Program-made: the position numbers and the translations under genes | NCBI RefSeq assembly: GCF_046119375.1 | Contig: NW_027362767.1 | Coordinates: 368,342,001 to 368,406,000 of the forward strand | Direction: 5' to 3' | DNA length: 64,000 bases | Origin: Phyllobates terribilis | Taxonomy: Eukaryota | Shown here: piece by piece, positions 37,731 through 50,533 of the stretch | How the letters are laid out: each line of letters opens with the position of its first letter | Position numbering within the stretch: the stretch's first letter is position 1 | Notes under the pieces: generated by a model | What the model was told of the DNA's origin: nothing | Database searches by the model: none | The model's input: the letters and a program-made list of their open reading frames with translations, nothing else

Positions 37731-38817
37731 CAAACACAACATGGCGTCCGCTAATTATTCAAGCAAATTTTACAATCAAAAAGTCAAATGGCGCTCCTTC
37801 CCTTCCGAGCCCTGCCGTGCGCCCAAACAGTGTTTTTTCCCCAAATATTGGGTATCTGCGTGCCCAGGGGAAATTGCACAACAAATTTTGGGGTCCATTT
37901 TTTCTTGTTACCCCTGTGAAAATAAAAAAAATTGGGTCTAAAGTAACATTTTTGTGAAAAAAGTTAAATGTTCATTTTTTTCTTCCACATTCAAAAAATT
38001 CCTGTGAAGCACCTGAAGGGTTAATAAAGTTCTTGAATGTGGTTTTGAGCACCTTGAGGGGTGCAGTTTTTAGAATGGTGTCACTTTTGGGTATTTTCTG
38101 TCATAAAGACCTCTCAAAGTGACTTCAAATGTGATGTGGTCCATAAAAAAATGGTTTTGTAAATTTTGTTGGAAAAATGAGAAATCGCTGGTCAACTTTT
38201 AACCCTTATAGCTCCCTAACAAAAAAAAATTTTGGTTCCAAAATTGTGCTGATGTAAAGTAGACATGTGGGAAATGTTATTTATTAACTCTTTTGTGTGA
38301 CATATCGCTCTGATTTCAGGGCTTAAAAATTCAAATTTTGAAAATTGCAAAATTTTCAAAATTTTTGCCAAATTTCCGTTTTTTTCACAAATAAACGCAA
38401 GTGATATCGAAGAAATTTTTCCACAATCATGAAGTACAATATGTCACGAAAAAACAATCTCAGAATCAGGGGGATCCGTTGAAGCGTTCCAGAGTAATTG
38501 CCTCATAAAGTGACAGTGGTCAGAATTGTAAAAATTGGCCCGGTCATTAACGTGCAAACCACCCGCGGGGCTTAAGGGGTTAATATCCATATGCTAAAAA
38601 TCAGAGGGGGAGAAGAATTGACCCTATGTTAAGGCTATTCTGGAACCCTACAATGTGACGGGCTCCCCGTCCCTTTCAGACAGACCCACCGACGTTTCTA
38701 AATCTAACTCAAACGAAGACCTACAGGAAAGGGATGGAGACCCTAAAAGATCTAGTGACTGGGTAATCGAGGGCCACCCCTAACACAGAAATATGGATAT
38801 TAACTTTACAAACTCAT

Positions 38818-39351
38818 TTACTTCCGGTAATCTCTCTGGTACAACACTTTTGTTCTAAGGAGAACTGTTTGTTCATAGATTTTGAGAGCCTTAGTAACTT
38901 TCCCTGTGGGACCGGTATTGTCTGGGATATAAGTACAACAATGCTCACCTATCATTTTGCATACCCCTACTTTTTCTGCAAGTAACATATCCAGAGCTAT
39001 TCTGTTTTGGAAGGCCATGGTAGATGTGGGTGCTGGTTGGTCAGCTATCCCTTGTAAGGCATCTTTGGTGTAATTGACAAATCTTTGTTGGTTATAATAT
39101 ATGTAATTTATCCAATCTACGTTCCTGTTAACAGTTATTATGGGTATTATGGACTCAAATCCCGCCTTCACTTGGTCTTGGGCCTTGAATTCGTCTGGCA
39201 CCCCCCTAAGCACTCCGAGAACATCAATATATATATGTGGGTCAAAACTTCCTTTGGGGTTAACTTCTCTCTTGGCCCTGTATGTGCCTGCAAACGCAGC
39301 CTTTATTTTCTTTTTGGATTCCTGGGACTCAGATATAAGGTAAACAGACAT
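38818..39351 (-). pseudogene. env: ERV env remnant (SU/TM junction and TM ectodomain); most of SU and the TM C-terminus are missing
   Basis: Furin site RAKR, ISD QNRIALDMLLAEKVG, and CKMIGEHCC (CX6CC). Confidence 0.9.
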
Positions 39352-39529
39352 TATTGCTTTATTTAAGGCACATTCCCCAGTCTATTGGCCCTCCAATCTA
39401 ATCCTAATCATCATGTCACCACATTCAAGGAAGTGTTGTACCAGAAAACTGGAATATCATTCTGTTTAGTAATAATTGCTTGGAATGCACGTGTTACCGT
39501 AACAAAGGCTTCCCCCCCAGCTACTGTCA

Positions 39530-42511
39530 TCAGACAAAGGAACATCGGGGTTGTGGGTCTGAGACCACCTTCTTGCAATGGGATGTGTGGACCCATGATG
39601 TTTGGCCTTCGACCTTCACAGCAGTATGTGATGTAAGCAACACTTGGTAGGGCCCTTCAAATCTGGCATCCAGTATGCCTCGCACGTGATTCTTTATCCA
39701 GACAAAATCTCCAGGCTGGATGCTGTGAGTACCTGGTTCAAGATCTGAGTCTGGAATAGAAGAGTACACTGGAGCATTTGTTAGTTTTAACTCTTTAGCA
39801 AGTCCGACAACAAAATTCACAAGCTTATCATTCCCTGAACTAAGCTGCTCTGGGTAATATCGACCCATTCTAGGTGGCCCCCCAAACAAGATCTCATATG
39901 GTGTGAGCCCTGCGGGTTGTCTCAAGGTATTTTGGACTGAGTATAGGGAAATAGGCAGCACCTCCGGCCATGAAAGTGACAATTCTTTACTGGCTTTAAG
40001 AATTTTGTTTTTTAAAGTGCCATTCATCCTTTCAACTTTGCTGCTACTTTGAGGATGATAAGGAGTATGCAGGCCCAAATCCGCCGCAATCATCTCCCAG
40101 ATTGATTTGGTAACTTCTGCAGTGAAGGCGGGTCCTTGATCACTTTCAATCACTTCTGGAATCCCTAATCTGCAGATAAGTTCTGCCAGAAGCCTTTTCA
40201 CTGTAGTTCTAGCAGTCATGTTGGTTACTGGGTATGCTTCTGTCCAGCTGGAAAACATATCCACCACCACCAGAACATACAGTTATATGAAAAAGTTTGG
40301 GCACCCCTATTAATCTTAAGCTTAATGTTTTATAAAAATTGGTGTTTTTGCAACAGCTATTTCAGTTTGATATATGTAATAACTGTTGGACACAGAAATG
40401 TTTCTGCCTTGAAATGAGGTTTATTGTACTAACAGAAAATGTGCAATCTGCATTCAAACAAAATTTAAGTTCCATATTCATCTGCATATCTGGACCCGTC
40501 AGTATACAGTATCAGATCCGCTTCAGGCATTGGCTGCTCAGAGACAGTAGGTAGGTGAGAGGGTTCTGCCTTCATGACCTCAAGGCAATCATGGTCACTT
40601 GAATCAGGGTATTCATGGTCTTCTGAGGACCCCCCTAATTCTTCAGAGCAGTCCCCCCTCGACAGAGGAAGCAGAGTGGAGGGGTTCAAGACAGTACATC
40701 GCTGAAGAGCTATATTTTCTGGTAAAAGGAGCTCACATTGGATTCTGACACGACGTTGCATAGATAGATGGTTGTGCTGGGTTTGTGCAAGGATAGCTTT
40801 CAAATCATGAGGGCCTAATATAGTTGTAGGATGGCCAAGTACAACATCTGCTGTTCTGTGGAGGAGTTCTGTAGCTGCCAGCACTGCTTTGAGACATGTT
40901 GGAGCTGTTTGCGCCACTGGATCCAATTTACTGGAATAATATCCGATGGGTCTCATGCGGCCTCCATGTTTTTTTTTTTTTGTGCCAGAACTCCTGAGGC
41001 ATGGCCACACGCTTCAGATACAGATAGAAAGAATGGAAATTCATAGTTGGGAATCCCCAGTGCAGGGGCTGAAATGATGAGTTCTTTCAACTGGTCCATT
41101 GCATCTTCAGCTTCTTGGTCAAAATGTAGGTCAAGCTCAGAAGAGTGGACCTGATCATATAGAGGTTGCATGAGAGCTGACACATTAGGGATCCACTGCC
41201 TGCAGTATGTGACCATTCCCAGGAAGGCTTGGAGTTGTTTGACTGTTCTCGGGTACGGGATGTCACGGATGGCAGTTTTTCTCTATTCTGTGAGATGCTT
41301 CGTACCTTGGGATATGCAATGACCCAAAAACACAACTTTGGTACAACACCATTGTAGCTTTCACAGAGTAACTTTGCATCCGATGGTGGCCAGAAATTGG
41401 AGCAAAGAATAGCTGAACCTGTGGCAAGTTTGGTCGTCGGGACAACAGAGGAGTAGATCATCGACATATTGTATCAATATGACTTCAGGGTTCTCACTCT
41501 TCCAGGGTTGGAGACAGGTAGTTTAGGCCAGTGTGAAGTGATGAGGAGAGTTCTGAGCTCCTTGAGGCATAACGGTCCAGGTGTACTGTACTCCTCTGTG
41601 CGCAAAAGCAAAAAGATACTGACAGTCTGGATGCAGGGGCACACTGAAGAAGGCACTTGCCAAGTCGATTACTGAAAAATGCGTTGCCTCAGGGGGAATT
41701 TCACTGAGTAATGTATGTGGATTTGGCACCACTGGGATCTCCAGGATTGTAACTGCATTCACAGCTCTCAGATCTTGCACCATCCTGAATTTATCCAGTT
41801 CTCCTCTTGCAGTTTTCTTCTTCACGGGAAGCAATGGAATATTAGCAGGAGAAACACAGGGAATTAATGCTTCTTTCTTGAGTAATTCTTGCATCTGGGC
41901 ATCTAATGAAGCTTCTTGGGCTGCTTTCAGTGGGTAGTGTGGGAGTCTGGGAATCCGTGCACCTTCTTCAGGAAAACTTGGACTGGCGGGACAGGCAGAC
42001 GGCCAATACTATCAGGACCTTGAGACCAGAGTTCAGGTGGTATCCAGTCAAGATAATGCTGTGGTATGACGGTTGTCGCAAATTGGATGACACACAATTG
42101 GAGGGCATGTACCTTTGCTTGTTCCTCTTATGATAATGGAGTAGACACATCTAGATGCATTCCATTCTCATCATATGATATCTGAGCATTTAACTTCTGG
42201 AGTAGATCTGCTCCCAACAAATTAAGCGGGCAGGTGTCTGAAGTGAGCAATCTGGCCAGCAGCTTCTGTTCTTTCCCAATAGGCAATGGAAATGTTAGTC
42301 GGGATGAGTGTGGTTTTCCATCCACTCCCACACATGAAAGGAAATCATCAGATATAAGCGATTCATAGGGAAAATCTCTTGACCGTATTACTGATCTGGC
42401 TGCACCCGTGTCTACTAGGAAAGGTAAAGTTCTGTCCTCTACATCAATTTTGACAGTAGAAATCAGTCCAGATTTAGTGGGGACGTTTGCAACTGAGGTC
42501 AAGGTGAGCAC
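39530..42511 (-). pseudogene. pol: ERV pro-pol (PR, RT, partial RNase H, IN core)
   Basis: FLVDTGAARS (PR); QDLRAVN, IDLASAFFSVPL, PQGAQNSP and QYVDDLLL (RT); YTDGS (RH); VDMFSSW, SDQGPAF and HPQSSSKVERMN (IN). Confidence 0.93.
40280..40466 (+). mobile_element. Truncated Tc1-like terminal fragment replacing the RNase H-IN junction of the ERV
   Basis: TA|CAGTTATATGAAAAAGTTTGGGCACCCC is a Tc1-type TIR start. ERV coding sequence is lost across it. Confidence 0.7.
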
Positions 42512-42526
42512 GGGCTTGCCACTGTC

Positions 42527-44907
42527 CTATGCGGGGTAATTCTGATCTTCCCCCGCAAACCGACATGGTGGGTCCCTGTTATTTTGGTACATCTGTTGCG
42601 GTGGCTGGTCTCTGTAATTCTGCACAGGTTCTCTTGGCGTTGTCTCATACTCTCTCTGTGGTGGCTGCCGTGATGGCTGTCTATACTTTTGGCAGGAGTA
42701 CCGTGGATTCCCTTGGTAGCGTGGAGAATCTCTTCTTTCAAATTGCGGGTTGTAAGAGTGGCATCGAGCCATAGAAAGGATTCCCTCTTTTCACTGGACA
42801 TCCTCCTCTGAAATGACCCAGTTGGTTACAACGGTAACAGATTGGTTCCCTTAGTCTTAAACTCGGTCCTCTGTACATTTGTTTCTCTATAGCTTTAGCA
42901 ATGAGCAGTACCATTCGCGGGGACATGTCCACATATTCTGGTCTGGAGTCTGTAAGCATCGCTGAGATTTCCTCTCTGAGTCCCCTAACAAATGAAATGA
43001 CTAGCAGATTCTGTTGGATCCTCTGACCTTCATCAAACCCTTGATCCTTGAACAGAGTATAGATTCTGGTGTAAATTTTTTTTGACATTCTCCCCTGATT
43101 CTTGAGTACAGTCCAATACACTGGTAGATGAGTCTGTAAGCTGCTCCTTGGCCCATTGCTGAAGTTCTTGACAAAAAGCTCCTCCTGATTGGTAAGTCTC
43201 CTTGTCTGTCCCTTGGCTGTCATTTAGAGCTACTTGAATTATTGGCCAGAAGGCATCTCCCGCTTTAATTCTAGTGATGTCATGAAGATCTTTCTAAGTG
43301 GCTGAATAAGTTTGTTGAATTTGTCTGATTCTTCTGTAGAACGCCATAGGGTGTCAGTCTGGGTCAGGTAGTTGTCTAATCACTGGATAAACTTGCGAAG
43401 GTGTGAATGCCACATATCTATTATGGTAATCTGGCCCTGGAGATTCTGACTGAGAAGATGTTGAGGGAGATACTGGCAACACAGCAACAGGAGGGGAGTT
43501 AGTTTGTCCAGGAAATAGTTCATTCGGGTTATGTTGTGAGGTCATCTGGCGGCTGAGTGAGTCTGATCTAGCTGTGGCACTTTCCACAGCTCGGGTGAGA
43601 ATTTGAGATTTATGATAGTCATTGCTGATTAGTCTTATCTCCTCCAACATAGTTAATCTTCTATACTTCCGTACAGCTTGGACTATCGCTTGGGCACAGG
43701 CTTGCATAGGAAATCCATACATTCCAGAACTTATAGCAGGAAGAGCAATAGAAGTAAGGTTCCTTGTTCCAACATAGTTCAGAGTATTGTTGATTGTAGC
43801 TCTAAGGTGTGTCACACACTGATCATGATAATCTTCATCATACACATTCTGGGTATAGTGTGTATTGCGGCCTGTATTCTGGGTGTGCCAAGATGGCCGC
43901 CACCGGAAGGAAGCACACTACAGGAAGGGTGCGCCAACATGGCCGCCACCAAAAGGGACATCTGGTCAGAGGCCAGAGGTGATGCAATGGGTGTAGCAAC
44001 ATGGCCGCTGCAGGAAGGGTTGGAACTTTGGGCGGATATAGGTATAACAGATGAGGATGGGGCACTAGGAGTGGCTTGGATAGTAGCAAGGGGTGGGCCT
44101 CCTGGACGGGGCGCGTGACATGCAACGCAATAATCTGCTGACAATGGATTTTGCTGGCCACAATTAGAACACCCCCAACAATTCATTGCACTGCCATTAT
44201 AGGGCGGTGGCGGAGGCATGGTGGGGAGGGGAGGAACAGTGTGAGGTCTGGGACGTGGTGCCCCGCATGCAAGAGAAGTATCTCTATTATCAGGATTCAG
44301 CTGACTGCAATTTGTACAGGTCCATCCCCCGCATCCGCCATTATCGGGCGGTGGCTGGAGAGCAGTATCTTTGTAATACACATAACATGGCATCTTTCCC
44401 TTATTGTCTGTATTTTCTTCCTCCACCCACCCTTCTTTTGACAAATTCTCTGCTGTTCTATTCCAAGCCAAGGCTGTTTGTAACAATCCTTTATCTTCTA
44501 GCTTGCCCTTTTTCTTCTTCAAAATTTCTTGCTATTCTAGCAGCTGTAACCGGCCCTTATCTGGTAGCTCGCATATTTTAGTTAACTGTTTAAGTTTCTG
44601 CACATACTTTTTTACCTTTTTTTGACAAACTCGACGCAGCGTTTTTCCACATGTATTAACTTTGCAATGACCCATTATCTTCCAGTTTTCCCGTTTTCAC
44701 AAATTGCTGCATTCAACATCTCGTACTGTAATCTACCCCCTGGGTACAACCCACAAAATGACATTACTTTTTTGGTTTTCTCTACATATTTCCTTCCTTC
44801 TCTTCTAGCAACTATATCTTTGGGGTCCTGTAGCTCCTGATCGAGCAACCCCTGCAACACAAACAATGTCTTTAGTTTTTTCATGATTTTGGCTCCAGTC
44901 GTCCCAT
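42527..44907 (-). pseudogene. gag: ERV gag: MA (Met-Gly start), 2x RanBP2-type ZnF, macrodomain-like segment, CA, CCHC NC; frameshifted
   Basis: Motifs WTCTNCSQLNPDNRDTSLAC, WGCSNCGQQNPLSADYCVAC, SIALPAISSGMYGFP, YVAFTPSQV..IRQLPDP and CYRCNQLGHFRGGCP. Ends in a TAG in frame with pro. Confidence 0.85.
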
Positions 44908-45009
44908 CCCCTTAGACTTATGATCAGACCATGCAGCTGATACACAAGTAGAATTGTAACAAGTCCCTACACTCTCTACCAAGCACTCATTTGATTCTTT
45001 TACGACTTA

Positions 45010-45290
45010 ATGAAGCACTGAACACCCCGTGCACCCGCGTCCTAGTGACGTCTTAATATACAACTTAACGATGCAGTTGGCTCCCTGTGTATTCCACGTC
45101 TTAATAGAGGATTGGTTAACCCCGCGTGCCCACGTCCTAATGAGATCTTAATACATGACTTATCAGTAACTTCACTCCCGCGTGTCCCACGACTTAATAG
45201 AGGATTGGTCTGCCCCGCGCGCTCGCGTCCTAATGACGACTTAATACACGACTTATCAGCAACAGCGTCACTCCCTGCGTGCCCGCGTTA
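45010..45290. repeat. Degenerate tandem repeats in the ERV 5' leader
   Basis: Recurring CGCGTCCTAATGA..CTTAATAC..GACTTA and CTTAATAGAGGATTGGT blocks. Confidence 0.6.
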
Positions 45291-45664
45291 TAAACAAAGA
45301 AATTTTCCCAAATTCTCAAGTGTATACGTGTACGCCCCTGCGTACAAAGATCGTTCTAATGGGACGGGACCCCTGATATACCACAGAGCAGCAGTTAGCG
45401 ACGAGTGACTACACACCAGAGTTCTTGGAATCACACAGCGGGGACCCGCCCAGTCGCACGGGCTGTCCCTAAGGGCCAATCTAGACACCACAAACTCACC
45501 AGAGACCGCTCAAAATATGAGTAAGTACTACGGATTCATTAAATCTGCAGACTTACCGTATTCAGTGATGAGAGTTGATCAGGCTCTCGCTTTAAGCAGT
45601 CCCGGCTCATCCGTAGGTGGTCCGGTGATGGGCACCCCAAGACCTAGAGTTCCCCTTGAGTGTG

Positions 45665-45682
45665 ATCCGAGTCATGGCACCA
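45665..45682 (-). promoter_or_regulatory. ERV primer-binding site, tRNA-His
   Basis: Minus strand TGGTGCCATGACTCGGAT matches the tRNA-His complement TGGTGCCGTGACTCGGAT at 17/18. Confidence 0.9.
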
Positions 45683-45684
45683 TT

Positions 45685-46277
45685 TGTGAAGGTTTCACCA
45701 ATTTAAGATACACTAGGTAACTGCTCTCCTCCAAATTAAAGATGTCCGAGTGCATGCAAAGAAGCTAATTAACCAAATCTGCTAATCTGGTTGAAAAACT
45801 TCACTCAGAGACTGAACCACGCAAATGGCATACTTTATTACGTAGACATGGGGTTATATAGTATTCTCCTTCTAGGTGGGATTAGTAAAATGTATTGCTC
45901 TTTTCTGATAACTCAGCACACTGTAATTTGTTCATTTATGTATCTCCTGGCCTTAGTAACGCCTTAGAAATTCCGATGGGAGGGGGTGAGTTCGTCTCTC
46001 AGCGCCATCTTTGCCAACTCGACACGAATCTCTCTATTGTCAGCCATGCACATGCATACGTCATTCCCAGGAAATCATTTTGTTGTTTATGTCTACAAAT
46101 AAGAACAGAAGCTGTTAGTTATATATTTATTAACTATTAACATAATCCATGTGCATATACACATTTGCATACATACACATAGATTATTCCATCATCTCTA
46201 TATTGATTCACACTGATTAGGTAATCTATTAAAAGAAACTAATTGATTTTCTATAATATATATATTTTACCTTGACA
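45685..46277 (-). repeat. ERV 5' LTR
   Basis: Matches 32716-33312 and is adjacent to the PBS. Confidence 0.95.
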
Positions 46278-46619
46278 GTAGGACACTCATGAGTTTGAAG
46301 AACTGTCGCGCTTTTCTGTGATGTTGGGGGTATGTCCCGACTTCAATTGGATCTCTATCTCTCCACCTCTATCTCTCTATCTCTAGCTCTCTTCCCAGAC
46401 TTCCCACGGAACTCCGAACATTGCAACAGACTTCTGGGAGAAGTCCGTCTTTGGTGTTTAGTACCGAACACTAGCTGACCGTTACTTTTAAGTTCGGGTT
46501 CGCTGATCTCTACTGAGAATGTCACTACTTGAAGGTCTTGGCAGGACCTTCAGGTACCACCAAGACAGGCAACAGAGCCTAGTTCAGTAACACGGGAGCA
46601 GTGAGCAGCGGGACTGTAG

Positions 46620-48190
46620 CGGCCATCATGTTGTGTGGTAAAATTGTGGGAGCATCATATTATGTGAGAGGGGGACTTTTGTTGCATCATATTGTGTAAG
46701 GGAGGCTGTGGGGAATCATACTGTGTGAGGAGTGACTGGTGAATATGGTTCTGTGTAGGGTAGCTGTGGGGGGCATTATACTATGTGGAAGAATATACTG
46801 TAGAACATCATACTGTATGTGGAGGGGGCCACTGTGGGCATCATACTGTGTATAGGGGAATGGACTATGGGGGCAAACTAGACAGACCACATACTCAAAC
46901 ATGCAACAGAGTCCAGCTCAGTAACACTTGAGCAGTGAGCAGGTTGATTGTAGGGGCCATCATACTGTGAGTGGGAACTGTGATGACATCATAATGTGTA
47001 TGTAGGGAATTGTGGAGTATCATTATTATGGAAGGTGGAATGTACTGTGGGGGGAGCATCATACTGTATGTGGGGATTGTAAAAGCATCATACCAAATTT
47101 GTTGGACTATACAGTGGGAGCATCATACTGTGTGAAGGGGAATGTAGTGTGGGGACATCATACTGTAGAACTGGAAATGTACTGTGAGGGCATCACACTG
47201 TGTTGTTGGCTATGAAGACATTATATTATGAGGAGGAATGAATTGTAAAGGCATCATTTTGTGTGCTGGGAAATATACTGTGGGGCATAATACTGTTTGA
47301 GGGGAACTGTGAAGGCATCATACAGTGTGAGGGGAAATGTACTGTGGGGGCACCATACTGTGGGAGGGGGAATTTACTGTGGGGACATCATATTGTGTAT
47401 GGGGGCCATGAAGGCGCCATAAGATAGGTGGTGGAATGTAATATTGGTGCATAATACTGTGTGTCTGGGATTATAATTTGGGGGAATCATACTGTGTTAT
47501 GGGGACTGTACTGTGGGGGCTTCACACTGTGTGTGGCTGACATCAAACTGTGTGGGAGAATGTAGTATTTTGAGGGCATCCTACTGAATGTGAGGGCTGT
47601 GGGTACATCATACTGTATGTTGAGGAATGCACTGCTGGTGGTATCATACTGAGTGTTCAGTAATATTCTGTTGGAGACATTATACATTGTGTAGGGGAAT
47701 GTACGGTGGGGTCTTCATACTGTGTGTAGGAAATGTACTGTGGGTTGCATAATACTGTGGGATGGGATGTACTGTGGGGAGATCATACTGTGTGAGAGGA
47801 ATGTGCTGTGGAGGGCATCATATTATGTGATGGGGATTATAGTGGAATCATACTGTGTGTGGGAGAATATACTGTGGAGTTATCATAATGTGGATAGGGT
47901 AATGTGTTTCCGGGGACATCATACTTTGTATGAGGGAATTTACTGTGTGGGGCATCACACTGTGTGTGGGGAATGTGGGGTGGTGAGTTCCCCTTCAATG
48001 GACGTCTTCAAACAGAGGCTGGACAGACATCTGTCTGAGATGGTTTAGTGAATCCTGCTTTGAGCAAGGGGTTGACCAGATGACCCAGGAGGTCCCCTCC
48101 AACTCTACCATTCTATGATTCTATAATTCTATGTACTATGTGGGGACATCATATTGTGTGTGGAGGAAAATATTGTGGGGTCATCATACT
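46620..48190. repeat. Old, degenerate (CATCATACTGTGTGGGGG...)-type minisatellite
   Basis: Recurring catcatactgtgtg / actgtggggg motifs, related in composition to the 3750-5520 array. Confidence 0.75.
47977..48133 (+). mobile_element. CR1 LINE 3' end fragment
   Basis: ...TTCAAACAGAGGCTGGACAGACATCTG...GAGGTCCCCTCCAACTCTACCATTCTATGATTCTAT, a CR1-type 3' UTR with an ATTCTAT repeat tail. Confidence 0.85.
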
Positions 48191-49612
48191 TTGTGTCCCT
48201 GTTTCTTCTTTTTAAAGATGGGAAGTATACTGACATGTGAAACTGGCTTAATTTTTACTAGGGAGACATAGGAGGGAGCTTTATGCTTAGCTACAGTCCC
48301 AAATAGGGTTAGTGCAAAAGGGCTGTCTGAATCCCTGCAGTTTGGTTTAGAATGAGCTCAGGTCATGAAGCAGACTTTGAACAGTTTTTTTTAAATAATT
48401 GAGATAAATTAGATAATCTTATAAATTTGCCCCTGCTGTGTACTGTCTAATGGCTGTCTGACCGTGCAGGAACATGGTCTGATCATACCACATCTCCTCG
48501 TCAGAGTAGGAAGCAAAAGAGTATACAGACATTACAGCATGAGATTGCAAATAATTCTTTCTTTGAGGTAAAACATTTTTTAAAAACAGGCAGAGAAATG
48601 CTTTATCTCACAGAAAGAATCAGCTGTGATCCCGTACTGTGCTATCTGTATCCTCTCTTTTTCCCCCACCCCTGCCCAGGAGCTGTGATATGATCAAACA
48701 TGTTCCTGCACAGTCAGACACAGCCATCACACAGTACACAGCAGGGGCACATTTATAAGATTATCTCAGCACAGGAAATTTTTTTTTAAACACATCCAAT
48801 TATGGAAATTATTATTATTCCAAAATCTATTGATTAAAATCAACTTTAAAATTAACTTTGTTCATGGGAAAACCCCTTTAATAAATAATGTTTTCCTGCC
48901 AAGTTAACAATTAGTCACTTAGTTATTCTTGCGCGTCTGTAGATGCTGGGAACTACAGTAGTTTAAACTTTGATTCCGTTATTACTGGTAATACCCTATT
49001 ACACATCCATTACCATAACTTTAGGCTAAATAGATACAAATCTATCCTGATCTGATCAAATGTGATGCATAGAAAATGTAACAACAAACACAAAAAAGTG
49101 CAGACGGGATAGATATTCTTGACTTTGATATAGAAGGGTTAATATTTTTCTCCATTGTATGTTTTTTTGACTATTAACTAGTTTCCTATTTTAAGATTTT
49201 TTAAGGTTTCATATTTTTTCTAATATTTTCTTATCTCATGTGTGTTATGGGTAGTATACTGGGAAAGGCATGATAGCTAAAAGTTATCACGACATACAGT
49301 ACTTCTGAGATGGGGGCGGCTAGTGGAAATTCCAATGGGAACTTTGAATGTAGTATTACTTTTGTCTGTAAATGATATAAGGAAACTGCATATAGGGCAA
49401 TAAACAGAATTGCTTATGCTCACAACCAGTATGCATTCTCTTCTGCAAGTGCTCATGATTAAGAGGTCCAAGACCCATAATTTGGCCTCACTGGTGATTC
49501 TGTAATCTGACTTCGGGTCAGAACAAAACAGCTACAACAATTTTGTGCTGCTATTTCCTACTTTTCTATTAGGATTATAAGTCTCTTTGCTAGTGCAAGC
49601 AATGTGGTCATG

Positions 49613-50533
49613 TGTTAGGAGGGCGGTTGCAGACAACTTTATTATAATGGAACGCAACCGACCCGGGGTCTGCGATGCAGCCTGGAGGACTGCTGCCGAA
49701 CACTCTCCGGGTGAAACGGAAAGCAACCAACTTAAATGATAAACCCTTCCGTGTTACTGCACACAGGAATGGGTATAGAGGTTCGCTCTATCTCCGTTAA
49801 CAGCACGGGAGATGTGCAACCGGGAAACTATCTGTAGCCCTGTTAACTACACAGGGACTACACTGGCGGCGCTAGGATGCGTGTGTGACTACGCCGACGA
49901 GTACACGTGCCTCCAGCTGGCGTGCTACCGGACTACAGGGAATTACTCCACGTGTCTGACAGACGATGGCCATGAACAGGACGTCTGCAGGCTGCTCGGG
50001 GTGTTAGGCGACCCCTTTGGCTGAGCCAGACTGCTAGACGAAGCTACCTGCCTCTATGGAGCTAACCTGCCTCTATGGAGCTAACCTGCCTAGCGGAAAC
50101 TACACGTGGAACAGAGTCGTCCACACAACAGCATCACTGCTCAATGATCAGAGCGCGCCGCCATGTTTGTGGGCGGGCCTTTTAAAGACTAAGCCCTGCC
50201 CACCGACGCGCCATTGGTGACGCTACCCATGGACCAATCAGGCGGTGCCAGGTCACCAGGTCAGGTGGGTGCCAAACCACCAATCACGATCCGCCAGGTC
50301 ACAGGCATGCTCAGTGCGGCAAATCCTGGACTTAGACTCCAAAAGCCCTGTCTCCCTCTGCAACCTATGCTTAACGTTGCTAGGCACAAATACCCGGGAG
50401 ACAATCTGCACATCTCGTGGACCAGCTAGGCATTGGGGCTGATGACGATGCATCAGCCCTGGCTGGACCGAAATGGGAGACCGTAGAAGGTTCTGGACCC
50501 ATTTCGAATCCAGCAATAGACCGACGCCTAACA
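49613..50533 (-). repeat. 3' LTR of the sushi-like element
   Basis: TGTTAGGAG...CCTAACA, matches 61338-62247. Confidence 0.95.

Larger units (their letters stand above)
33344..38579. mobile_element. 5.2-kb non-autonomous TTAA-specific element (piggyBac/T2-type MITE) inserted in the ERV 3' region
   Basis: TTAA|CCCCTTAA ... TTAAGGGG|TTAA (TSD 33340-33343 / 38580-38583). No coding capacity seen. Confidence 0.9.
32716..46277 (-). mobile_element. Class I (gamma/epsilon-like) endogenous retrovirus, defective provirus
   Basis: LTRs at 32716-33312 and 45685-46277, TSD GTAG (32712-32715 / 46278-46281), tRNA-His PBS, gag-pro-pol-env order, YVDD RT, and env with ISD and CX6CC. Confidence 0.95.

Noticed and set aside
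35307-37957. Family of short MGGLVSKMGSLVGELQ... ORFs
   Set aside because: They are translations of the palindromic array and appear equally on both strands.
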